Positions 8,137-15,270 of a stretch of 64,000 nt of DNA are shown here, in pieces. The notes beneath the pieces are model-generated. The model did no database searches. It was not told where the DNA came from and worked only from the letters and a program-made list of their open reading frames with translations. The stretch comes from a virus (Duplodnaviria; Caudoviricetes). The position numbers were made by a program, and so were the translations under genes. The stretch covers positions 3,097 through 67,096 of the IMG/VR virus record IMGVR_UViG_3300027212_000010; one strand, given 5' to 3'. Within the stretch, counting starts at the first letter, position 1; every line of letters begins with the position of its first letter.

Positions 8137-8303
8137 CTAGGACTTAGGTCCTGGTTTTAATAAAGAATATGATATGGTGCGGCTAGTTAAGCGTGTCCCG
8201 CAAGTCGCTAAGTAAAGCGGATCTATTCCTTTCGTTGGAGATCCAGGCAGCCTTATCATTACCCCCTAGTCAGCTTCAGCTCTGATACTAGGGGGATTTT
8301 TTT
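8137..8303 (+). ncRNA. candidate standalone small RNA (about 165 nt)
   Basis: Extended -10 TG-G-TATAAT at 8124-8132, several hairpins, closed by an intrinsic terminator; longest ORF seen about 13 aa. Confidence 0.45.
8262..8303 (+). terminator. intrinsic terminator
   Basis: CCCCCTAGT...ACTAGGGGG stem followed by A and T7. Confidence 0.85.
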
Positions 8304-8305
8304 GG

Positions 8306-8451
8306 CCCGCAAAAGATTGAGGGTAACATAATTTGTTTACGACGTCAATTTAAAATCGCCTGAATTTCTGTGATCTTGACCACATGCATACAAAATGTGG
8401 TGTGACTCACACCCAAATAGTATTCCATATGTCAGTGGGTCAGTGTATAAT
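8306..8451 (+). promoter_or_regulatory. composite module 6 with two CRP-type boxes
   Basis: TTACG 8337; CCTG 8359; TGTGA-N6-CCACA 8369-8384; TGTGG-N6-TCACA 8396-8411; TGTCAG 8430; TATAAT 8446. Confidence 0.75.
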
Positions 8452-8478
8452 AATCACATATCAACGAAAGGATATAAT

Positions 8479-9222
8479 ATGCCAAATTGGGTGTATAACG
8501 GTTTAACAATTGAAGGTAATCCTGACCAAGTAAAGTCTTTAATTAAACAGATGAATAAGCCATTTGTTTATTCTATTGAAGCAAATGGTGATTTATCATT
8601 TGGGATTAGACAACGTAAGTTTGTTAATCCTATCTTCTCTTTTCATAATATCTATTCATATGTAGATGCTGGTGTATCTGAGAATGATTACCACTCTCAA
8701 CCGCCGTCCTCTAAAACAGATGAGAATTGGTTTAAGTTTGATACCAACGATTGGTATAACTTTAATGTCCGTGAGTGGGGCACTAAATGGGATGTGGCTG
8801 TATGTGAGGATGACAAGTATCCTAATACTAATATGGAGGAAGCCGAGAACGGTGAGAACTATGTAGTTCATTATAACTTTGAAACTGCTTGGTCTCGTCC
8901 AATGCCAGCCATTCAAAAACTATCTGCACAATACCCAACACTACTATTTACTTTATCATATGAGGAAGAAACAGGCTGGGGTGGAGAAATGGAAATCCTT
9001 CGTGGTGAAGTTATATCAGAATCAGAATATGATTCTATGTGCCGTGATTGTGATGCAACTGACCAAATGGAATACTGCGAAGAAGAAGACTGTGGTCAAA
9101 TTTGTGGCAACTGCCACTGGCTTGGCGAGGCAGACCTAGAGGCTGTGGCTAAATGTCAGACCCATAGTATATACTTAGAAACTAAAGTTCCCGAATATCG
9201 AAAGGCGGAAATAAATGGCTGA
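8479..9222 (+). CDS. YubB/DUF1281-like ferredoxin-fold protein
   Basis: MPNWVYN.L.I.G; WYNFN..EWGTKWD; FETAWS.P motifs; RBS CAACGAAAGG. Confidence 0.75.
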   Translation: MPNWVYNGLTIEGNPDQVKSLIKQMNKPFVYSIEANGDLSFGIRQRKFVNPIFSFHNIYSYVDAGVSENDYHSQPPSSKTDENWFKFDTNDWYNFNVREWGTKWDVAVCEDDKYPNTNMEEAENGENYVVHYNFETAWSRPMPAIQKLSAQYPTLLFTLSYEEETGWGGEMEILRGEVISESEYDSMCRDCDATDQMEYCEEEDCGQICGNCHWLGEADLEAVAKCQTHSIYLETKVPEYRKAEING

Positions 9223-9430
9223 GCAATTTATAGATACAATAGCAGAGCACATTACAGGTGCAATGCAACAAGAAATTGGTGAAGCGTTATTTGACCAATG
9301 GTCTTATAACAATTTAGAGGAGGGTGAGGCATATGCTGAATTTAGATTTATGGAATATGCTTCTCGTGAATTAAAGCAACAGTATAACGAATACTATGGC
9401 TATATTGAGGGAGATGAGTTCCTATTATGA
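9215..9430 (+). CDS. hypothetical protein
   Basis: RBS AAAGGCGG; promoter at 9154. Confidence 0.7.
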   Translation: MAEQFIDTIAEHITGAMQQEIGEALFDQWSYNNLEEGEAYAEFRFMEYASRELKQQYNEYYGYIEGDEFLL

Positions 9431-9603
9431 TGTTAGGATATACTGCAGAGGATTTAGATCGTATGACTAATGCTGTTCATGATGCTAAGTTATTTTATCT
9501 TAGGACCCCGTCCGATTTAATGGACAAGGAACCTTTGAGAAAAGACCTGGAGGATGCAGTCAGCTTTTTCCAAGGTCTGTGGGCAGAAGGGTATTTCGAC
9601 TAA
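9427..9603 (+). CDS. hypothetical protein (58 aa)
   Basis: MMLGYTAEDLDRMTNAV...WAEGYFD; ATGA overlap. Confidence 0.65.
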   Translation: MMLGYTAEDLDRMTNAVHDAKLFYLRTPSDLMDKEPLRKDLEDAVSFFQGLWAEGYFD

Positions 9604-9711
9604 TGGGGGCTAAATGTCAGCATTACTGGGAGTGTTCAGATGTCCCTGGAATTTTTACTTGTCAGTGCTCTATGGTAAGATACTTCAATAGAGAAACGGG
9701 CGAATATCATT

Positions 9712-9909
9712 ATGAATAAATCATCAAGGTTTATGGAGTATCTAAAGATACATCTAATTAGTTTAGAACAAGACTTAGAACAGATTGATTATGTAAATGG
9801 TCATCATTTCTATAGAGTTAAACAAGCAGAGATTGAAAACACCAGGCACATTTTGTCAGTGGCTACTGATATAATGAACTCTTCTAACGAAAGGTATAAC
9901 AATGAATAG
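9712..9909 (+). CDS. hypothetical protein
   Basis: Downstream of promoter at 9660. Confidence 0.65.
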   Translation: MNKSSRFMEYLKIHLISLEQDLEQIDYVNGHHFYRVKQAEIENTRHILSVATDIMNSSNERYNNE

Positions 9910-10198
9910 AACAGACATTGGGCTCCCGCCCCATTTGCAACGCATGGTCAACCTTGACATGGACGGTGCAGATATTCTGCACGGCGAACTAAAAGTGCTT
10001 ATGGTTGAGGCTGAGAAGCAATTGGAATATGCAACGGAAGCCGAAGAAGAATCAGGCGAAGCCATGGATTCCATGGAACGCAAATATTGGGAAGGCGTCC
10101 TTGAAACATATGGAGAACTATACGGTCTTACATATGACATAGCATTTGCTAAGAACGATAAACTAATTAGAGATATGAAGGAGCACGTAAATGGCTGA
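9902..10198 (+). CDS. hypothetical protein
   Basis: RBS AACGAAAGG; promoter at 9854. Confidence 0.75.
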   Translation: MNRTDIGLPPHLQRMVNLDMDGADILHGELKVLMVEAEKQLEYATEAEEESGEAMDSMERKYWEGVLETYGELYGLTYDIAFAKNDKLIRDMKEHVNG

Positions 10199-10550
10199 CA
10201 TGGACCTGCAGGAAAAGACACGCATGCAAGATACATATACTGAGATTGAAGATATCATTGCCAAGATAACTAAACTTCCTGTTGGCCTGCCCCTGGTTTG
10301 GGTGTATGCCTGGGATGTTGCACGGGATCTATACACAAACATCCAAGAGGGTGCCGAGGAAGAATACTGCGTCACAGAGGACATAGAAGACGTATGGCAG
10401 ATGTTCTGGGAAGACGCAGACAAGAATGGCTGGTCCCTAGAGTATGGCGCAGAAGACCTACACGAGGGCATTAGAGACTGGATGATTGACAGGAACATCA
10501 TTGATGAGGTCCCTGAAGATGATGAGGAGGAATCAGATGAAGATGAGTGA
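10191..10550 (+). CDS. acidic hypothetical protein
   Basis: RBS AAGGAG. Confidence 0.75.
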   Translation: MADMDLQEKTRMQDTYTEIEDIIAKITKLPVGLPLVWVYAWDVARDLYTNIQEGAEEEYCVTEDIEDVWQMFWEDADKNGWSLEYGAEDLHEGIRDWMIDRNIIDEVPEDDEEESDEDE

Positions 10551-10683
10551 CATATACTTGAATGATCAGTTAGACAAAGCCCAAAAGCTTTTGTGGGGTG
10601 GGTCCGAAACTGAGAATATTGAAGCACATAACATCATTGCTAAATTAATCAGTGATCGTATTGAGCAAGCAGATCTTTCGTAG
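10543..10683 (+). CDS. hypothetical protein
   Basis: Start moved to MSDIYL. Confidence 0.6.
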   Translation: MSDIYLNDQLDKAQKLLWGGSETENIEAHNIIAKLISDRIEQADLS

Positions 10684-10732
10684 GGGCCAAATTTTTTCCT
10701 TACGGTTGTAAAAGAAAATAGCCTGAAGCCTA

Positions 10733-10761
10733 TTTACAATTTTGTAAATAGTTGATATAAT
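10733..10761 (+). promoter_or_regulatory. sigmaA-type promoter with overlapping palindrome
   Basis: TTTACA-17-TATAAT; TTTACAA-TT-TTGTAAA covers the -35. Confidence 0.7.
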
Positions 10762-10793
10762 AAATAAAACATCTCTTGAAAGGGGATTATCAA

Positions 10794-10943
10794 ATGGCAA
10801 CAAAGCGTGAATATCTAAAGTCACAAGGCATTACAGTAGGTGTACGTGGTCGTTTCTCAGGAGCAGCTAAGGTGGCTCTAGCCGAGGCAGTAGCCAAGGG
10901 CGTTACATTTACAGCAGAAGTACCAGCAAACAAGGCGAAGTAA
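10794..10943 (+). CDS. standalone Lsr2 C-terminal DNA-binding-domain-like protein (49 aa)
   Basis: Not in ORF track. KREYLKSQGITVGVRGRF aligns without gaps to Lsr2 IREWARRNGHNVSTRGRI, including the RGR hook. Has its own promoter, RBS and terminator. Confidence 0.75.
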   Translation: MATKREYLKSQGITVGVRGRFSGAAKVALAEAVAKGVTFTAEVPANKAK

Positions 10944-10948
10944 TTCTT

Positions 10949-10996
10949 GGGACGGGGTTAGGGCTTCGTTGGTCCTTGACCCCGTCTCTTATTTTT
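10949..10996 (+). terminator. intrinsic terminator overlapping next promoter
   Basis: 15-bp stem GGGACGGGGTTAGGG/CCTTGACCCCGTCTC followed by TTATTTTT; contains TTGACC-17-TATAAT. Confidence 0.8.
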
Positions 10997-11028
10997 GATA
11001 TAATCTAAGGTCAGGCGGAAGGCGGAAT

Positions 11029-11391
11029 ATGAGTAAATCACCAGAAATCAAAGTAGCAGAATCAATAGTAAATCTAACAGAAGACCATTGGTTTAATCCA
11101 ACAATCTTTGGTAGATATTTGGCAGAACAGCCAATGTATACAATTGACAGAATTATGGAAATGGTTGTATCAATCATATCCGAACAATCTAAGATACATG
11201 GAGTTCATGGCTATACATCAGAAGGTTTGATGTTAGCAGTTGAATTAAATGAATGTATCAAGGCTTACCAAGAAGATAATCAATTAGAATCTCTTAAACT
11301 TCCAGCCCGTTCTTTTAAAGTTCCAAAGCGGGAGGAACCAATAGTAAGACAAGGGTTTGGATGGCGAGAAGAACAAGATCCATTCAATTAA
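11029..11391 (+). CDS. hypothetical protein
   Basis: ORF track; last + strand gene of the early arm. Confidence 0.75.
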   Translation: MSKSPEIKVAESIVNLTEDHWFNPTIFGRYLAEQPMYTIDRIMEMVVSIISEQSKIHGVHGYTSEGLMLAVELNECIKAYQEDNQLESLKLPARSFKVPKREEPIVRQGFGWREEQDPFN

Positions 11392-11960
11392 CAATAGACA
11401 TATATGAATAGATGAATGTCTGGTTAGATAGATAAACATATCTAGCCCAAATTATCCACAGGGTTATCCACATCCTGTGGATTTTTTGTATGTGTGGGCA
11501 TGGGGGCAGCTTTTTTCATTTACGACACATGATCTCAAATCCCTGAAATTTAAAACATGTGGGCCAAATTTCTCGTTTACGAGGCCTTGACAAATACGCC
11601 TGAAAATGCTACAGAATAATGTCTATATGATTAATTATACATATAGAATGTCGACAAATCTGTAGAGAATATGGCAGAATAAGCCAAAATCCCTTGCATA
11701 TTCTATTGACAAATATGGATCAATATGCTGCACATTTCGGCTATTGACATTACGATTAAGATGGGATATGCTCAATTACATATGTATGTTTAACTATATA
11801 TATCTATAGTATATGATATGTTATCTAGAGTATAAATTCTCCACAATACTCCACTTTGCTCCACTATATAAGCCTTCTAAGGGCTATTAGAGAGGAGATA
11901 AATGGGAGGGGGATATAGGAGTTAGGTGCCTAAATGATCTATTTTCCAGAGCTATCTGGC
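11392..11960. other. candidate replication origin / arm boundary
   Basis: ORF-free gap between convergent arms. TTATCCACA at 11452 and 11464; TTCTCCACA at 11837, the first of three CTCCAC copies at 10-bp period; AT-rich core. Confidence 0.5.
11454..11487 (+). terminator. intrinsic terminator built from DnaA boxes
   Basis: ATCCACAGG/CCTGTGGAT stem, loop GTTATCCACAT, then T-tract. Confidence 0.65.
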
Positions 11961-12200
11961 TTAGAGATGAATGCTATTAACTGGCTCTTTGGACCAATGT
12001 ATATAGGATCTAATATAGACTATTCCATAAGCTATTGCTGCAAATATGAATCCGTATTGATCTGTTGTTAAAGCGTATATGATCCATAGGAACTCATTGA
12101 ATAGTAATAGTAGCCAAGCCCATATTGTCTTCCGCCCCACAAAATATATGCCTGTTACCCCTATTGCCGCTAATATATACGACCATGCCATTATTCCCAC
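11961..12200 (-). CDS. PnuC-like small membrane protein
   Basis: Three TM helices; GIYFVGRK.IWAW...NEFLWI pattern. Confidence 0.5.
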   Translation of the reverse strand: MGIMAWSYILAAIGVTGIYFVGRKTIWAWLLLLFNEFLWIIYALTTDQYGFIFAAIAYGIVYIRSYIHWSKEPVNSIHL

Positions 12201-12436
12201 CTCGATGTCTTATGTACTTTAGTTCCCGCTATTAAATCTTTTACGTCCATATTTTGAACCTGAGACACAGGCCTAACTGATACTGAATTAGCAATTGATC
12301 CTGTTTTTCTAGCTTTTATCTTAGGCTTAGTAACGTTGTAAACACGTATCTTTTCAGGCCATAGCCCAGCAGCCTTCATTTCTCTTTCCCATTTGGCTAA
12401 TTCTTTTCTAGTCGGAAATCCATTTTGATCAGGCAT
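12191..12436 (-). CDS. hypothetical protein (leaderless)
   Basis: TTGACA-17-TATAAT with ATG exactly 12 nt after the -10 start. Confidence 0.7.
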   Translation of the reverse strand: MPDQNGFPTRKELAKWEREMKAAGLWPEKIRVYNVTKPKIKARKTGSIANSVSVRPVSQVQNMDVKDLIAGTKVHKTSRWE

Positions 12437-12518
12437 ATATTCATTATAGTATATATGACAGGTACTGTCAATGCCTCTCTACCGCCGAACTTTTTCACTA
12501 ATTGCGGTCTATATGGTA

Positions 12519-13448
12519 TTAAATTGGTATTGTTATAGTATTTGCAGATAAGGTAATTGCACCAGAATAACTAAATAGTCTGCCATTTATACTAGCTCCT
12601 GCTCCCGCTCCAATAGCTGCTGGGGATATTATTGTTCCTTGCCATGCCGCAGATGCTCCAATCGTTGTTGCTCCAACACAGTTAAAGTAGATCATGCTTG
12701 CCGTTGCTCCATTTATTAGATTAAAGGAAGTTGATGCAGCAGGAGCCCAAGCTGCACCTAACTGCATAATAAATGTTGCTCCTGGGTTATTTTGAGCATC
12801 AAAAGTAATTACTCCTGAATTTGTTACCGCTGCTCCTGCATGATAAACTCCAGGATAGAATGTTAAACCTATCAGATCCCCAGCCATATGTGGGGATGTT
12901 CCAACTAAAGCATTTGTTGCCGTTACTCTTATTGAGCCTGATGGAGTCATTCCCCAAAATGTATTATAAGCTGATTGAACATCAGTAGCAACTGCTGCTG
13001 AAGCTGAGTTCATATTATTTCTTGGATTACCAAATGCAGTTCCAGTTATTGCTGATGTAGTAAACGAAGATACTCCGCCATTTGATGTAGTAGCCCCTGC
13101 TACAGTTATAGTTGCTCCACCAATTGTATATCCTTGTCCTGCCCCTAAATAAACAACTTGGACTGCCCCTGTGTTAGGATCGATATCTAATAGATTTGCA
13201 ATAGACATCCATGCTCCATCTACATATATCTTTAATCTTTTAGATGTTGTGTCTAGCCACTGCATTCCTTGAAATACTGGTGTGGGTTCTAGCAATGATA
13301 TATGCAAAGAATTAATGTCGACATATCTTTTAGTTACTGCATGATTTAAGTTAATGGCATCTAATATTTCAGCAGTGCCACCAATAACAATTGATCCACC
13401 TACATCTAAACCATTTTTAACTTTAAAATTTTTTGAATTACTTGACAT
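12519..13448 (-). CDS. fibre-like protein with C-terminal DUF3494 ice-binding domain
   Basis: N-terminus KNFKVKNGL, AVTKRYVD, P...G.QWLDT....LKIY (fibre motifs). C-terminus DVQSAYN, TFYPGVY, ITFDAQNNP...FIMQ, GATTIGA...WQGTII, GA.INGRL...AITL (IBP-1 fold). Confidence 0.82.
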   Translation of the reverse strand: MSSNSKNFKVKNGLDVGGSIVIGGTAEILDAINLNHAVTKRYVDINSLHISLLEPTPVFQGMQWLDTTSKRLKIYVDGAWMSIANLLDIDPNTGAVQVVYLGAGQGYTIGGATITVAGATTSNGGVSSFTTSAITGTAFGNPRNNMNSASAAVATDVQSAYNTFWGMTPSGSIRVTATNALVGTSPHMAGDLIGLTFYPGVYHAGAAVTNSGVITFDAQNNPGATFIMQLGAAWAPAASTSFNLINGATASMIYFNCVGATTIGASAAWQGTIISPAAIGAGAGASINGRLFSYSGAITLSANTITIPI

Positions 13449-13644
13449 TTTTCCTCCTAGGAAAAATCAACCAAGCTGTTAGGTTCTGAATTACAATAAA
13501 TAATTCCCCTAGTAGATAATAACAGTATATCGCACATCTTAACCCAATGCGTTTATAAATCTTCTTTGTCTATGTCTTCTTTTATATCAAGATTGTCTAA
13601 TAGATCTAAATCAAGATATGCTTCAAGGTTATATAATATACCCA

Positions 13645-13869
13645 TTATGAGTTCCTAGGTATTAGTGTTTGTGGACCTTCTGTGCCAAATATAGACTTCT
13701 TAATAGGTACGCAGTTAGGAACTCTCTTTCCGCCCTTATCCTTCATGCCTACCTGCTTAAAGCCTTTCCAGCAAGCTTTCTCAAAGTTATTCCAATTGTC
13801 TTCTTCTTCGTTATCTGATTCATATCCTTTTGATATCTCTTCATCTGATGGTACGTTAATCTCTGACAT
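13645..13869 (-). CDS. protein with CWKGFKQVGMK.KGGKRVPNCVP motif
   Basis: Motif recurrent in aquatic phage proteins as I recall; start at MSEINV. Confidence 0.65.
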   Translation of the reverse strand: MSEINVPSDEEISKGYESDNEEEDNWNNFEKACWKGFKQVGMKDKGGKRVPNCVPIKKSIFGTEGPQTLIPRNS

Positions 13870-14056
13870 TGTTTTTCTCCATTTTCTTGCCAATCAATTC
13901 GGCTTTATTTCTTACCTTTTCGGCTGACGCTATAGTATTTTCTATAGATGCTTGAAAGGACTTGCACATCTTACATAGATCGAGCATATCTGGGTATTTG
14001 GCCCATGCGGCTTTATTGGTTTCTATTGAACATGTCTTGCACATTGGTGATGCCAT
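13856..14056 (-). CDS. small Zn-finger protein
   Basis: CKTC...CKMC. Confidence 0.65.
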   Translation of the reverse strand: MASPMCKTCSIETNKAAWAKYPDMLDLCKMCKSFQASIENTIASAEKVRNKAELIGKKMEKNNVRD

Positions 14057-14107
14057 TATATTGCTCTCTACTAATAGGGATTATACCCTTATAGTACTAT
14101 TATACAC

Positions 14108-14629
14108 CTATTGCTTTACATCAAAGAAGAGAATAATATTTGCTCTCTCCCCGCCCAAAACCTTATTGACTGAATGGGGATAGTTCTCATCACCCTTGAA
14201 ATAGACTAATGTGCCTTCATTAGGCTTATATGCTGTTGGAGTATTCTCATCATAGAAACAGATTTCGCCACCATCGTAATCATTAGTTAAATAAAGCAAA
14301 GCTGAATATCCTATAACTCCGTATCCATCCACACCGCCGTATGCATCTGTATGGTAGCCAAGTTCTTCGCCCTCACGCAATACCTGATACAGGACTCTAT
14401 TGATAGAGATCTGATCCCCTGGGAAACCAAACTCCCTCTGGATAGCCTCTACAAGTAGTTTGAAATCTGCATAAAACTCTTTGTCAGGATCATTAGCAAA
14501 CTGTTCAAAAGGATACAATTGTTTGCTTAGCAAGCCCATAGGGTTAACTGTTGCCTTTGATCTTAAAAAGGCATTGCAATCTTTAGCCGATTGTTCTGAA
14601 ATAAAATTATCTATTACTGTGGGTTGCAT
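14108..14629 (-). CDS. 2OG-Fe(II) oxygenase (P4Hc-like)
   Basis: HTD, SALLYLTNDYDGGE, H.V.KV.GGERA. Confidence 0.88.
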   Translation of the reverse strand: MQPTVIDNFISEQSAKDCNAFLRSKATVNPMGLLSKQLYPFEQFANDPDKEFYADFKLLVEAIQREFGFPGDQISINRVLYQVLREGEELGYHTDAYGGVDGYGVIGYSALLYLTNDYDGGEICFYDENTPTAYKPNEGTLVYFKGDENYPHSVNKVLGGERANIILFFDVKQ

Positions 14630-14805
14630 TTCTTTTCCTGTTCATATAAGGTCAACGTAGTTGACTAATTGTGCTCTACCGCCGCGAATTTCACTAATTG
14701 CGATCTATTTTGTAATATTCAGCATTAGATTTAAGCATTGCAGTATAAGCTCTCTTGAACTTAAAGTATTTGATAGGGTGCTTCCATTTGTTAATCACTT
14801 CTCTA

Positions 14806-15087
14806 TTATACATTAGATTCCTCTGCTTCACGAGCCCACTGGTCTTCCCATAGGCCCATCAATGATTGGTTACCAATATCATCAAAATAGTATCTGCCTC
14901 TGACTGGATTAAATGTCCAGCCATACCAAGTATCTCCCTCGGACCAAGTTAAATTAGTTGGGGTGTCATCTTCTTCATGCTGCTTAATTATGCGTAGCAA
15001 TTCGTCATTATCTCTTACAACTGCTTGTATGGCCTCTCTGAGGCGTCTTGGGCGCATTAGGTATTTTTCTACTAATTCATATAACAT
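14806..15087 (-). CDS. hypothetical protein (leaderless)
   Basis: TTGACG-17-TATACT with ATG at +12. Confidence 0.75.
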   Translation of the reverse strand: MLYELVEKYLMRPRRLREAIQAVVRDNDELLRIIKQHEEDDTPTNLTWSEGDTWYGWTFNPVRGRYYFDDIGNQSLMGLWEDQWAREAEESNV

Positions 15088-15099
15088 ATAAGAAGTATA

Positions 15100-15270
15100 C
15101 TATATCTGACGGGTAGCGTCAATGCCCTCTCTACCGCCGCACTTTTCGCACTTTTGATCATTTAGCTCGTGATACTGTAAATGAAAATCCATTAACTGAT
15201 AGGTTACTGCACAAAAGCATATTTGGCAATGCGTAAGCCAGAGGGATTTATCTTCCCAGGCTTTAGCCAT
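15100..15270 (-). CDS. C2H2-type Zn-finger microprotein (56 aa)
   Basis: Read by hand: HCQICFCAVTYQLMDFHLQYHE...CEKC. Confidence 0.6.
   Translation of the reverse strand: MAKAWEDKSLWLTHCQICFCAVTYQLMDFHLQYHELNDQKCEKCGGREGIDATRQI

Larger units (their letters stand above)
22..9875 (+). promoter_or_regulatory. 15 copies of promoter motif TGTCAG(A/T)-N9-TAnnnT
   Basis: TGTCAG at 22, 885, 1002, 2006, 2270, 3324, 3940, 4276, 5237, 6516, 6695, 8430, 9154, 9660, 9854. Each is followed after exactly 10 nt by TATAAT/TACAAT/TATACT/TAAAAT/TAAGAT; 10 of 15 also have an extended -10 TG. Confidence 0.9.

Noticed and set aside
8179-8250. HDV-like/theta or pistol ribozyme
   Set aside because: No GG after P1 for P1.1, the L3 length is wrong, and the pistol pseudoknot order does not fit.
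7422-9620. TGTCAG at 7422 and 9615 as promoters
   Set aside because: No TAnnnT 10 nt downstream; 7422 is just the ATG TCA GAC start of a gene.
737-11602. Repeated modules or the Cas4-like gene as a CRISPR system
   Set aside because: Repeats are about 1-2 kb apart with genes between them, not 30-40-nt spacers. The Cas4-like nuclease sits in the recombination operon with no cas1/cas2.
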